Origin: Candidatus Thorarchaeota archaeon
GTDB taxonomy: Archaea; Asgardarchaeota; Thorarchaeia; Thorarchaeales; Thorarchaeaceae
Assembly (NCBI GenBank): GCA_038893995.1
Contig: JAWAQK010000004.1
Coordinates: forward strand, 5,837-69,836
Reading direction: 5' to 3'
Length of the DNA stretch: 64,000 bases
The translations under genes were made by a program, and so were the position numbers. The notes beneath the pieces were generated by a model. It was given only the letters and a program-made list of their open reading frames with translations. It had not been told where the DNA came from and ran no database searches. Below are positions 38,361-48,305 of this stretch, one piece after another. Numbering within the stretch: the stretch's first letter is position 1; each line of letters begins with the position of its first letter.

Positions 38361-38367
38361 TATAAAA
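38361..38367 (-). promoter_or_regulatory. TATA box-like element (TTTTATA on the minus strand) upstream of the PAP2 gene
   Basis: GCCTTTTATACAGG on the minus strand, 45-51 nt upstream of ATG 38316. Confidence 0.3.
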
Positions 38368-38545
38368 GGCATCTGCTACGTTCTGGAACGATCGGGACTG
38401 GGGGGTAAATGGAGCAGGTCTACATTCCTGTGGTGTAGGGGAGATCGGGAGATCCCATGTGAGCCACTCAGAAAGTCTTATAGAGTACGTGCCGTGAGCT
38501 GCCGATCGGGGATGGTATCTGGTACTGGAGAGTCTGGAACCGAGG

Positions 38546-40036
38546 GTGGTCTGGGAGATCTTTGAGAAGCTGATGACGTCCACTCCAAGATGCTCGAAGC
38601 ATGAATCGAGGGTCCGCAGTCAGATCGTAGAGTGGGTGAAGAGGCAGGCGTCAAGGAAACATCTGGACGTCAAGATCTACCAAGATGAGACTGGCAATCT
38701 GCTGATCAGGGTGCCGCCGACACCCGGGATGGAGTCCTGTAGGACACTGATACTCCAGGCTCACCTCGACATGGTCTGCGAGACTAATAGGCCTGGTGGA
38801 TTCGACTTCGAGAAATCTCCCATCCCAGTCACGCTGTCAAGTGATGGTGAGTGGGTGACCGCCAACGGGACCACTCTGGGAGCTGACAACGGAATCGGCG
38901 TGGCGCTTGCACTTGCACTGATAGCAGACGATTCTGAGAACATCGCTCGTGGACCACTTGAGATACTCCTGACGGTGGACGAGGAGACTGGGCTTACAGG
39001 CGCCTTTGGAGTTGACCCGAAGGCACTGAACATGACCGGTCTGATAATGATCAATCTCGATACCGAGACCTTTGGTTCAATAACGATTGGCTCTGCGGGA
39101 GGCGGCGACATCAGGTTGACACGAGCGTCTGGAACTGAGAACGTCGGCAAGCCGCTGGAGTTCATCAGACTCAGAGTTGCCGGGCTGCAGGGAGGTCACT
39201 CTGGTGTCGACATACACGAGCCACGCGCAAACGCCATCAAGATAGTCGCTAGACTACTCTCCTCTGTGAGGCTGGCAGAGAACCTATACCTATGCTGCTG
39301 GAATGGGGGTACAAAACATAATGCCATCCCCAGGGAATCTGAGGCAGTCTTTGCCGTCTCACCTGACTCTGTGGCAGATGTCCTTGACATCCTGACAAGA
39401 GAGCGTAAGGCGATCCTAGATTACTACAGGAACAGCGAGCAGGGTGCGTTGGTACTTGAGCCAGGGATGGAGATTACCTGGGAGAAGACCCGGGCCAGGT
39501 CCTGCTACTCGATCGATGAGTCGTCAAAGATAGTCAACACCCTAAATGCTCTGCCTCACGGATATCGTAACTTCTCGCCTGATGTTCCAGGCCTTGTCGA
39601 GACCTCCTGCAACGTTGCGACCATCAACACCGAGAAGGATCGAATGACCGTGCTCATATCCGTACGTAGTAGCATTGATTCAGAGCTGGAGGCCTTCCGC
39701 AGGTCGATCAGTGATATCGGTCGCCTGGGTGGCTGGCAGGTATCACTTGGTAATGCGTATCCCGGCTGGAAACCTCAGCCCAACAGTCCTTTCCTGCAGT
39801 TTGTGAAGGAACACTATGAACGACTGACTGGCGGCCAGGTCAAGATCGAAGCGGTCCATGCAGGTCTCGAGTGCGGTATCATTGGCAGTCACATTCAGGG
39901 GATTCAGATGGTCTCAATCGGTCCAACTGTGAGAGGCGCCCATACTCCGGACGAGCGTCTCAGGATCTCCGATGTCGGAGCGATGTATTCATTGCTCAAG
40001 GACATACTGCGGGACCTGATCCACTTCACTGGCTGA
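38546..40036 (+). CDS. pepD: Aminoacyl-histidine (Xaa-His) dipeptidase, M20C
   Basis: VWEIFEKLMTSTPRCSKHE N-terminus, LQAHLDMVCE, GADNGIGVA, TVDEETGLTGA, VHAGLECG. GTG start. Confidence 0.85.
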   Translation: MVWEIFEKLMTSTPRCSKHESRVRSQIVEWVKRQASRKHLDVKIYQDETGNLLIRVPPTPGMESCRTLILQAHLDMVCETNRPGGFDFEKSPIPVTLSSDGEWVTANGTTLGADNGIGVALALALIADDSENIARGPLEILLTVDEETGLTGAFGVDPKALNMTGLIMINLDTETFGSITIGSAGGGDIRLTRASGTENVGKPLEFIRLRVAGLQGGHSGVDIHEPRANAIKIVARLLSSVRLAENLYLCCWNGGTKHNAIPRESEAVFAVSPDSVADVLDILTRERKAILDYYRNSEQGALVLEPGMEITWEKTRARSCYSIDESSKIVNTLNALPHGYRNFSPDVPGLVETSCNVATINTEKDRMTVLISVRSSIDSELEAFRRSISDIGRLGGWQVSLGNAYPGWKPQPNSPFLQFVKEHYERLTGGQVKIEAVHAGLECGIIGSHIQGIQMVSIGPTVRGAHTPDERLRISDVGAMYSLLKDILRDLIHFTG

Positions 40037-40056
40037 CGAATTGCTGATGACACCAG

Positions 40057-41892
40057 TCAGTTGATACTCTGACTGACGAGATCCTGCAGACCGAGGTCGA
40101 GTATCCTCTCTCTACTTGGCCAGCCTGTGGTTCGGTCCCACATGCGGTACCTGTACCACCGGTCTAGGTGTGCATTCACGTCAGGCACGTGTCTCTCCGT
40201 GGGGCCGTCAAGGGGTCTCAGGAGTATGTCCGGAAGCCTCTCGTTGGCAGTCGTGTAACCGAACTTCAGATTCATCAGACGCATGAGTGTGAAGATCCGC
40301 TCTCCTGTCTTCTTCAACTCATCAATCGAATAGTCCCATCCGACCACGAGTCTGAACAGCTCTACAATCTCATTGCCTGTGTATGGATAGAAGTTGCAGA
40401 CCAAGGCAGAGTTTGTCACGCACCTCAGGTCTTGGACTCTTGCAACCACCTCGGCCTCGTTGGCAAACCTGTCCTCACTGCGGATGTCCAGGCTCTCGTC
40501 CGTCATGCCCATCTGCCAATTGTACATGTCCGCTGTCATGTGACATGCACCCCTCGGCGAAGTCGTGTATGCAATGGCCATTCCTGAGAAACCTCTGGGA
40601 TCATGCTGTGGTAACTCGAGCCCATTCACGTGTGGTGCAATGTCCTCGTGGCCCAGCTTGGCACCGAGGGCTCTGCTTCCCTCAGCCATCAGGTCTCCGA
40701 TCCCTTCCCTCCTTGCTATCTTGTTCAGCAGGACAAGCGCAGAGTCGACCTCTCCCCACTCAGGTGTTACGCCGTCGAGATCATCGGATGTGATCATCCC
40801 CTGCTTGTACAGATAGTATGCAAATGCAATGACGTTTCCACCAGAGATGGTATCGATTCCCAGTAGGTCCAGTTCCCGGTTGACATACGAGAGTGCCTCT
40901 GGATTGTTATTCAGGATGAGTGAGCCCATGGTCCCCGTGACCTCAAGCTCGGGTCCGGCGAACCTGTCCATCTTGTACTTACCCTCCCTCACCTCGACAA
41001 CACGCCCGCAGCCTATCGGGCATCGAAAACAGGCAGTCTTCCCTACTAGGAGCCTCTCCTTGACTGTCGAGCCACTGATGTTATACGTATCAAAGTCAGA
41101 GACCGAGTAGAATCCCGCTGGGAGAGACCCGAACATCATCGTGGCCATGTCGACGAACCCCGCAGTACCCAGGTTCGAGTACATGTTGAAGGTAGGCGTA
41201 TCTCGCTTCTGTTCGTTGAGCGTCTTGCAATAAGTCTCCAGGCGGTCTGGTTCTGCTACGGGCACTTTCCTATTCGAACCGTGTACGACGATCGCCTTGA
41301 GTCTCTTCGAACCCATGACCGCTCCGAGTCCTGTTCTTCCGGCCGCCCGGTGATGGTCGACTATTATGCTGGCATACTTGACCAGGTTCTCGCCCGCGAT
41401 GCCGATCCTTGCGACACCAGCGTTCCTCAGCCCCGTCTCCGTCTTGAGTTCATCCCAGACCCTATGGGTGTCCATACCCCACAGATGTGAGGCATCTCTG
41501 ATTGCCACATCGGAGTCCTGTATGAGGATGTACACAGGAGCATCCGACGATCCCCTCACTATCAGGCCGTCATACCCTGCAAACTTCAGGTCTGCTCCCA
41601 GGTGCCCTCCAAATGTGCTGTAGCCCAGAAGACCAGTCAGCGGTGATCTTGCGCAGAAGGTGGACTTGCTGCCTGTTGGTACGGCAGTCCCACAGAAGGG
41701 GCCCGTCATCAGAATGAGAGGGTTCTCTGGGCCAAGCGGATCTGTCGATGCGTCAACCATGTCATAGAGTAGTCGACAGGCGAGGCCTGCACCACCGATG
41801 AACTTCCGGACCATTTCCGGATCCTGATCTCTCTCAGTCGTCCTCCTGTTGGTCAGGTCTATCTCAAGGATCCTTCCGGTATAGCCGTTCAT
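40057..41892 (-). CDS. aor: Aldehyde:ferredoxin oxidoreductase family (tungstopterin)
   Basis: MNGYTGRILEIDLT...FIGGAGLACRLLYD N-terminus and 611 aa length typical of the family. Confidence 0.88.
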   Translation of the reverse strand: MNGYTGRILEIDLTNRRTTERDQDPEMVRKFIGGAGLACRLLYDMVDASTDPLGPENPLILMTGPFCGTAVPTGSKSTFCARSPLTGLLGYSTFGGHLGADLKFAGYDGLIVRGSSDAPVYILIQDSDVAIRDASHLWGMDTHRVWDELKTETGLRNAGVARIGIAGENLVKYASIIVDHHRAAGRTGLGAVMGSKRLKAIVVHGSNRKVPVAEPDRLETYCKTLNEQKRDTPTFNMYSNLGTAGFVDMATMMFGSLPAGFYSVSDFDTYNISGSTVKERLLVGKTACFRCPIGCGRVVEVREGKYKMDRFAGPELEVTGTMGSLILNNNPEALSYVNRELDLLGIDTISGGNVIAFAYYLYKQGMITSDDLDGVTPEWGEVDSALVLLNKIARREGIGDLMAEGSRALGAKLGHEDIAPHVNGLELPQHDPRGFSGMAIAYTTSPRGACHMTADMYNWQMGMTDESLDIRSEDRFANEAEVVARVQDLRCVTNSALVCNFYPYTGNEIVELFRLVVGWDYSIDELKKTGERIFTLMRLMNLKFGYTTANERLPDILLRPLDGPTERHVPDVNAHLDRWYRYRMWDRTTGWPSRERILDLGLQDLVSQSIN

Positions 41893-41904
41893 GACATCAA
41901 CTCC

Positions 41905-43104
41905 CTAGAAGTCGACTGGTGTACCATCGTACATGCACCTGTAGATCCTGCGCAGATCATCTGCCTGAACATCTCTTGGTGTCATTGTGATGCTTGAGTC
42001 CATCATGGCATATTCCACGAGTCTGTCGAGGCCGTTCTCCAGGTCCTCCGGCTTCACACCTGCCTCTCGTAGACTGAGTGGAAATCCGACCTGCTTCTGT
42101 AGACCCCTGATTCTGTCTGCGAACGCTCTGGCACTCTCGAGCGCGGTACCTCTGGAGGCACCGATAAGGTCCGCAAGTTCCCGATAGTCTTCTGCAGCAT
42201 TCGGACTACCGTCTGCATTGAACTCGACCGTGTACGGCAGTGCTATTCCCACTGCGAGTCCATGGTGTATCCTTAGGACTGAGCCCATACTGTGGCCAAG
42301 TGAGTGGGCGATACACACCTGTGAGTTGCTGAACGACATCCCTGCGAGGCAGGATGCCACGAGCATCTTCTCACGGGCCTGCATGTCACCAGGGTCAGCC
42401 ACTGATCTCGGCAACCATTCGAAGATCAACCGGATTGCCTTCATGGAACAGGCGTCAGAGAAGTCGTTCTTCCAGACTGACACAAATCCCTCAACTGCAT
42501 GTGACAGTGCATCCATCCCCGTATTGACAGTCAGATCCCTTGGTAGGTCCCTGACAAACTCCGGGTCGAGGATTGCAAGGTCTGCGGTCAGCTCCGGGTT
42601 GATGGTCGCAAACTTCCTACCGGTCTCGTCCTCCCTCACGACAATGGCCCGTGTGGCCTCCGATCCTGTGCCTGCTGTTGTGGGAATACAGACGAGACGG
42701 GCTCTGGACCTCAGACTGAGTGTGTCAAATGGTGTCAGTTCTTCAAGCCTCATGTCAGGCCTTGCATAGAGTACCCAGGCTGCCTTTGCAGTGTCCATCA
42801 CGCTCCCACCGCCCACTGCCACGATGAGGTCAATGCCCGCCTGTTCCATGGCGGCAGCGGCACTCCTGACTACAGATACTCTCGGGTCTGGTTCTGCCTC
42901 GGCCCAGACCGTCACCTCCCAACCATTCTTCCTGAGTAGCTGGTCGACCCTATCGACCAGGCCCTTTCCTCTGACGATCCTGTCGGTCACAATGATTGCA
43001 TGCCGACCTGACAGTCTCTCGATGTCAGACAGAGCATCCTCTCCGAATGCGACTCTCGGTATGTTGAACCACCAGACCAATGCACACCACACTCGACAAA
43101 GCAC
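41905..43104 (-). CDS. Iron-containing alcohol dehydrogenase
   Basis: AVGGGSVMDTAKA and the HSLGH metal-site region. The start is probably a few codons inside the track ORF. Confidence 0.85.
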   Translation of the reverse strand: MLCRVWCALVWWFNIPRVAFGEDALSDIERLSGRHAIIVTDRIVRGKGLVDRVDQLLRKNGWEVTVWAEAEPDPRVSVVRSAAAAMEQAGIDLIVAVGGGSVMDTAKAAWVLYARPDMRLEELTPFDTLSLRSRARLVCIPTTAGTGSEATRAIVVREDETGRKFATINPELTADLAILDPEFVRDLPRDLTVNTGMDALSHAVEGFVSVWKNDFSDACSMKAIRLIFEWLPRSVADPGDMQAREKMLVASCLAGMSFSNSQVCIAHSLGHSMGSVLRIHHGLAVGIALPYTVEFNADGSPNAAEDYRELADLIGASRGTALESARAFADRIRGLQKQVGFPLSLREAGVKPEDLENGLDRLVEYAMMDSSITMTPRDVQADDLRRIYRCMYDGTPVDF

Positions 43105-43159
43105 ATGAAATGTAGATGATTCATGGCCAGCGGGCTATTATTCTTGTTGAGAGAGTGGC

Positions 43160-44251
43160 TCAGTCAGAGACACATCGCTCTGCGGTCTGTCGGAGGATTC
43201 TGGCAGCCTCGTGGACGATCTGGTCGATGACCTCAGCAACTGTGGGAATGTCCTGTATTCTTCCCACACACTCTCCCCCAAACATGAGTGCGGTCTCAGG
43301 TCTCTTGTCCAGGAGGTCTCTGAACCCCTCCTTTTCCAGATTCAGGATGTCCTCATTCGACTCAACGGGTTCTCCAAGGTAGAATCGGGGGATGTCATTG
43401 AGTGTCCGTTCAACTATCATCTCAGCTCTCCTATTCCTCAGGAATCTCATTGGTCCAAATAGGCCACGACCCGCCAGCGTCTGTCGTTCGTTGAGCCTCA
43501 CTATCGTGTCCTTCCAGATCGGTTCGAAGTCGCTCTCCTTGGTGGCAATGAATCGGGTCCCCATCTGGATTCCCTTTGCTCCCATGCATAGTGCTGCAGC
43601 AAGCGACGCACCATCACAGAATCCGCCTGCAGCCACAACGGGTCTCTTCACAGACCTGACTACTGCTGGCACGAGGACCACAGAGTGTACGGGCTCCCAT
43701 GAGACATGTGCGCCTCCCTCGTGCCCCGAGGCGACTACTATGTCTACGCCAGCCGCCTCAGCCTTCTGGGCATGGTACACGGATGGTACAACATGTGCCC
43801 AGATCAGTCCATGTTTCTTCACATCTGCCCAGGGTCGGGGATTACCCGCCGAGGTAATCAGGACGCGGAGCCTCCTTTCCACGTCTGAGTCGTTGTTCCT
43901 GCATTCGATCGTCTGCTCAACAAACATCTTGGATGCCTGTATGAACTCGGCTGCGACAGGCACGTTGACACCGATCACGCCCTGGGAAGTCCGAGTCTCC
44001 CTCACCACCCTCTCGATAGACTTCTGAAGTAGTACCCGGGGTGGGTCGGACCCGAATAGCCTTACTGGGTCAATGGGGGCGGCCTCTGGTAGCAGGCTGG
44101 CTGCCATTCCTATGCTGCTTATCACGCCCAGCGCGCCAGCTCTTGCAACTGCGATTGCAAGGTCCTCTGTCTTGTACGGCCCCATGCCTCCTTGCAGTAT
44201 CGGATGCCTGATTCCGATCAGGTCGCACAGCTCAGTCCGTATTGACGGCAT
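43160..44251 (-). CDS. NAD(P)H-dependent flavin oxidoreductase (nitronate monooxygenase / FabK-like)
   Basis: IGIRHPILQGGMG, SGHEGGAH, QMGTRF. Confidence 0.8.
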   Translation of the reverse strand: MPSIRTELCDLIGIRHPILQGGMGPYKTEDLAIAVARAGALGVISSIGMAASLLPEAAPIDPVRLFGSDPPRVLLQKSIERVVRETRTSQGVIGVNVPVAAEFIQASKMFVEQTIECRNNDSDVERRLRVLITSAGNPRPWADVKKHGLIWAHVVPSVYHAQKAEAAGVDIVVASGHEGGAHVSWEPVHSVVLVPAVVRSVKRPVVAAGGFCDGASLAAALCMGAKGIQMGTRFIATKESDFEPIWKDTIVRLNERQTLAGRGLFGPMRFLRNRRAEMIVERTLNDIPRFYLGEPVESNEDILNLEKEGFRDLLDKRPETALMFGGECVGRIQDIPTVAEVIDQIVHEAARILRQTAERCVSD

Positions 44252-44256
44252 GGTTC

Positions 44257-44673
44257 CTATTCATCCAGGAATCTTGTGGGCACCCTCACTGCAGTCGCCA
44301 CGAGCTCGGCCGCGGCCTTTGTCGCACGCATGACCTTGCCCATGTCTCCGGTGAGCTTGAACTTGTTGGCCATCAGCCCCTTGATCGGATCTATCTTTCC
44401 TGCAAACAGCTGCTTCCAGTTCTCGTACGGCCCTGAATAGGTGAATGCCGCCTTGTCTCCGGGGCCAGCAATCCTGGCGCTTCGGCAGACTCCATGCCAG
44501 AGGTCCATGTATATCATCATGGGCTCCTTGACGAGCTTGCCATCAGCCTCTATACGAAAGATGAAGTCACCCTCCCAGGTGGCAGCTGCCTCCTTGTAGG
44601 CAGCGTTCTGATTCAACAACTCGACGTATTTCTGGACCCACTCTTCTGATGGAAAGAGAAGCTTCTCGGTCAT
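44257..44673 (-). CDS. SCP2 sterol-carrier-like domain protein
   Basis: 138 aa. C-terminal GLMANKFKLTGDMGKVMR is typical of the SCP2 fold. Confidence 0.68.
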   Translation of the reverse strand: MTEKLLFPSEEWVQKYVELLNQNAAYKEAAATWEGDFIFRIEADGKLVKEPMMIYMDLWHGVCRSARIAGPGDKAAFTYSGPYENWKQLFAGKIDPIKGLMANKFKLTGDMGKVMRATKAAAELVATAVRVPTRFLDE

Positions 44674-44821
44674 CCCGAATCACCTGTACCGGTACTGATA
44701 CAGCTCGTAGGACAAAAAGATTCTGGAGGTCTGCGTCCAGGGAGTGAAGGATCAGATGCAGTGCAGCTCCGGATGCCCATACATGATCGACAGTCCCACG
44801 GCTGGCACAAGATGCCAGACC

Positions 44822-45493
44822 TCAGTGCCCCACTCTTCTCAACGACTTTCCATCGATGAGTGGCAGTCCCATTGCCTGTGCGATCTGCATATAGTCCTTG
44901 AGGCGTCCTATGGTCTCAATCGAGTGGGAATCGCTGCCAAGGGAGAAGCTGCAGCCGAGGTCTCGTGCTCTCTCCAGGAAGTCGCGATTACCTATGCCGT
45001 ATCTCAGATTCAGTTCGATGGCAACGCCGTGGTCCGCCAGGATGCCTGCTACTCTCTCCCCATCTTCTGCCCTGTACGACGTCAGCATCGCGCTCCAGTG
45101 GCCAAGGATGTTCGGGCTGTATTTCCTGAGTGCCCTGTCGACTGCAGATGCCCATACCTGAGACGTACAGCTGTGATGGATCGAGAATATGACCAGGTCA
45201 AACTGTTCGAGCCCTCCGGCCACCGAGGCTATCTCACCGTTGAGGTCAACATCGACTTCCACACCATCGAGGAGGGTGACAGTCGGCCACTGAGACCTTG
45301 CCTCCTCAATCAACTGCCGCCTCTCCAGGATCACGTCCTGACCCCCCTCCCTGGCACCGAGTGACGGCCAGAAATGATCGGTCAGGGCCACCGCCTCTAG
45401 CCCGACTATGGCTGCACGCTGTGCCACAGCCTCAACAGAGTTGTTGCCATCAGAGAAATGCGTGTGCACATGAAGATCCTGCGTCGCTGGCAC
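44822..45493 (-). CDS. PHP-domain metal-dependent phosphoesterase
   Basis: DLHVHTHFSDG, later ALTDH, SIHH and GSDSH metal ligands. Confidence 0.8.
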   Translation of the reverse strand: MPATQDLHVHTHFSDGNNSVEAVAQRAAIVGLEAVALTDHFWPSLGAREGGQDVILERRQLIEEARSQWPTVTLLDGVEVDVDLNGEIASVAGGLEQFDLVIFSIHHSCTSQVWASAVDRALRKYSPNILGHWSAMLTSYRAEDGERVAGILADHGVAIELNLRYGIGNRDFLERARDLGCSFSLGSDSHSIETIGRLKDYMQIAQAMGLPLIDGKSLRRVGH

Positions 45494-45534
45494 ATCTCCC
45501 TCGGGTTGATCTGAACATCAGACATGCAGTCAGG

Positions 45535-46671
45535 CTATGTCCACTCAATTCGGGTCCTGAAGTCGGACACGGCACGGGGTAGTTCCGCCCTTGACTCCAG
45601 CGCTCTGTCTGCCCTGAGTATCACCGCTCGACCAGGTCCACTGTGTTCAGCATCAAATCTCTTTAGCTTGGGGCACGAGAAGAGCGGGCTCACGTCAACG
45701 GAATCGAAGGGATTGTCGCGAAGGTCAAGCACCCGGAGTTCCTCTAGGCCGCCCAATGGGTCTAGACCTATCTCTCTCAGACGGTTCTCGGCCAGTGATA
45801 GTTCTCTGAGGGCATTACACGACCTCAAGGGGGTCAGATCTATCCGTTCTATGCGGTTTCCATCAAGATGTAGTTCTTCTAGTCGGCTGCATCTCTGTAG
45901 CGGACGCAGGTCTGCATCAACGATCTGGTTGTCTGAGAGAAACAGGTATCTTATCGAGCCTGCTTGCCCGAGTGGCGTCAGGTCTACCTCTTGGAGCTCG
46001 TTTCCCCTGAGGTTGAGATACTCGAGGTGCCTGCAATCGCTGAGCGGTCCCAGGTCGATTTTCCTCAGGAGGTTCCTCTCCAGCTCCAGCCTCTTGAGCT
46101 CCGGACAGCCCCGGAGTGGGCTGAGATCGATCCCAGTCAGGCGATTGTTGGTCAGTCCGAGATACGTGAGCCTTGGGCACTGGCGGAGAGGTTGAAGATC
46201 CACCTGTTCGAGCTGATTGTGTGTCACTCCCAGATATCGGAGGCTCTGACAGTCAACTAGAGGTGCCAGGTTCACAGAACGCAGGGCGTTGTCTGAGAGA
46301 TACAGACTCCTCATATTGACACACTCGGACAGAGGTCCCAGGTCTACTGTCTCTATCAGATTAGATGAGAGATCAAGCTCCGAGAGCTCTAGGCAGCTGC
46401 TCAGTGGCCTGAGATCAATCTTCTCAAGCTGATCCCATCTCAGACACAGCTCTCTGAGACTGGAGCATTCTCGGAGTGGACTCAGATCGACCTCGACAAT
46501 TGGGTTCTCAGCCAGCGTCAGCCTCTCGAGTCTGCGGAGATGTCTCACCGGAGACAGATCAATACTCTTGATGTCCATCTGGACCAGATTGATCTCCGTG
46601 GCGTCAACATGAATCTTGATCTCCTCCCCGTCAGAGTCAGTAGTGGAATACTTCAAGGTGACATAGTCCAT
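45535..46671 (-). CDS. Leucine-rich repeat protein (LRR only)
   Basis: 12-13 tandem 24-residue units of the form LxxLxLxxNxLxxIDLxPLxxCxx. Confidence 0.85.
   Translation of the reverse strand: MDYVTLKYSTTDSDGEEIKIHVDATEINLVQMDIKSIDLSPVRHLRRLERLTLAENPIVEVDLSPLRECSSLRELCLRWDQLEKIDLRPLSSCLELSELDLSSNLIETVDLGPLSECVNMRSLYLSDNALRSVNLAPLVDCQSLRYLGVTHNQLEQVDLQPLRQCPRLTYLGLTNNRLTGIDLSPLRGCPELKRLELERNLLRKIDLGPLSDCRHLEYLNLRGNELQEVDLTPLGQAGSIRYLFLSDNQIVDADLRPLQRCSRLEELHLDGNRIERIDLTPLRSCNALRELSLAENRLREIGLDPLGGLEELRVLDLRDNPFDSVDVSPLFSCPKLKRFDAEHSGPGRAVILRADRALESRAELPRAVSDFRTRIEWT
45651..46593 (-). repeat. 72-nt periodic coding repeat (LRR array)
   Basis: Back-to-back 24-codon units visible in the translation, for example LRELCLRWDQLEKIDLRPLSSCLE and LSELDLSSNLIETVDLGPLSECVN. 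Confidence 0.8.
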
Positions 46672-46761
46672 TCAAGTATCTTTCCTGAAGGCTCCGCAGG
46701 CCCACTCAGATTAGTACTGGTTCTCCCTTAAGTTTAGTTCTTACAAGTCCTCACCGCTCTG

Positions 46762-48246
46762 ATGCCAGCTGGCCGATGCTGGACAAGACCCTCGATCATG
46801 CCCCGTTACATTCACAGTCCTGGCGGTGGGCTGTTCCCCAGCCACAAGAGTTATGGAGAGCATCTCTATTCACCGAGGTACATGCGGGTTGACGCACGAC
46901 TACTCCCGAACGGTGTCTCGGTATCCTTCAAGGGAAATGAGTACCCCATACTATATCCGGACGGTGTCTGGTCCAGTGTTCCAGAACAGACGAGAGTTGC
47001 GCTCCGCGACAATCTCGCAGTCATGGCAACAATGCATCTACCCCTGGTATTTGGGGAGGACCACGTGACCTACGGCACGGGCCGGCCTTATCTGGAGCCA
47101 TACCTCTACATGAACTTCATCAAAGACATCCCTTCCTGCACGGAGATTGATGGTACCGACACTGCGGAAACGATTCGGAGATTCTACAATACCAGGTACG
47201 AGTTTGAGCACTCGGACATAGTCGTTCCATCGCCAGATCCTGTTGACTCACCCCACAGGGCCATTGTGGGTCTCAGCTTTGGAAAGGATAGCCTCCTCAC
47301 GTACGCCGTGGCTGACGAGATTGGACTAGAGCCTGAGAGCGTCTATGTCATCGAGGAGAGCATGACCTATGAGCAGAAACACAAGACGGCGCTGGCCGCG
47401 GAGTTCAAGAAGGAGTTCGGGAAGGAACTGAAGACCCTCATTCATGACACTGGCAGGCTCAGAGACTACGATCATCTGGGCCTACCACAGTCTGAACTTG
47501 GATGGGGTCTCCAGACGAGTGAGTATGTCCTGGAGCTGCTACCGTTTGCCTACTATCTTCATGGTAAGTATCTTCTCTTCGGGAACGAGCAGACCGCCTC
47601 TGCAACCTACATGAGCAATGATGCGAGTGGACCGTGGTTGGTATATCCCTGCTTCGACCAGTCTCACGAGTGGACTGTACATCTCGACCAGGTTTCGCAG
47701 GCCTTCTCAGGACGCTCAGTCAGGACGGGGAGCCTGATCGAGCCACTTATGGACATGATGATCCAACGGATACTTGTGAGGCGTTATCCCCAATATGCCA
47801 AGTACCAGATGAGTTGCTTCACGATCGACGAGCATGGTCGTGACTATCGCTGGTGTCACCATTGCTCGGTCTGTGCAAAGATGTATCTCATGTGTGTGGG
47901 TGGCGGCGTCGATCCGGCCATGATTGGTCTGAGAGAGGACATGCTTGCATCATCCAAGAGACATCTGTTTTCTCTGTTCGGAGGCAAGTCTGACATGCCA
48001 TACCTGAACTCAGAGGCCGCTCGTGACGAGCAGATATTTGCACTATACTCCGCAGCCAAGAAGGGAGTGCGTGGTGACCTGATCGATGAGTTCAGACATA
48101 GCAGTCACTTCAAGGAGGCACAGGCACGGGAGGACGACCTCATGAAGAAGTTCGTTCGACTGTATGAGCCAATCTCACTGCCCAGGGAACTTCGGGACCA
48201 GGTGATGTCGATCTACCGGGAGGAGCTGGCACTCTTTGAACTCTGA
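46762..48246 (+). CDS. Hypothetical protein with a PP-loop-like motif and a C-terminal Cys cluster (possible adenine-nucleotide alpha-hydrolase superfamily)
   Basis: IVGLSFGKDSLLTYAV resembles the SGGxDS PP-loop. WCHHCSVCAKMYLMC is a Cys cluster. The true start is uncertain. Confidence 0.4.
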   Translation: MPAGRCWTRPSIMPRYIHSPGGGLFPSHKSYGEHLYSPRYMRVDARLLPNGVSVSFKGNEYPILYPDGVWSSVPEQTRVALRDNLAVMATMHLPLVFGEDHVTYGTGRPYLEPYLYMNFIKDIPSCTEIDGTDTAETIRRFYNTRYEFEHSDIVVPSPDPVDSPHRAIVGLSFGKDSLLTYAVADEIGLEPESVYVIEESMTYEQKHKTALAAEFKKEFGKELKTLIHDTGRLRDYDHLGLPQSELGWGLQTSEYVLELLPFAYYLHGKYLLFGNEQTASATYMSNDASGPWLVYPCFDQSHEWTVHLDQVSQAFSGRSVRTGSLIEPLMDMMIQRILVRRYPQYAKYQMSCFTIDEHGRDYRWCHHCSVCAKMYLMCVGGGVDPAMIGLREDMLASSKRHLFSLFGGKSDMPYLNSEAARDEQIFALYSAAKKGVRGDLIDEFRHSSHFKEAQAREDDLMKKFVRLYEPISLPRELRDQVMSIYREELALFEL

Positions 48247-48305
48247 TGGGACTGACCTGGCTGAGTGCTCAAGGTTATATGTCTCACGAGGGGGTAGGAC
48301 ACACA

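Noticed and set aside
38317-38583. 5' extension of the PAP2 ORF
   Set aside because: Not hydrophobic or PAP2-like. It would overlap the pepD start and the TATA-like element. The Met at 38316 precedes the first TM helix.
43392-44027. 211-aa plus-strand ORF
   Set aside because: Antisense shadow inside the nitronate-monooxygenase-like gene. No motifs.
45524-46195. 223-aa plus-strand ORF (Ser/Arg/Leu-rich)
   Set aside because: Lies entirely antisense to the LRR gene. Its periodic low-complexity composition mirrors the LRR codons.
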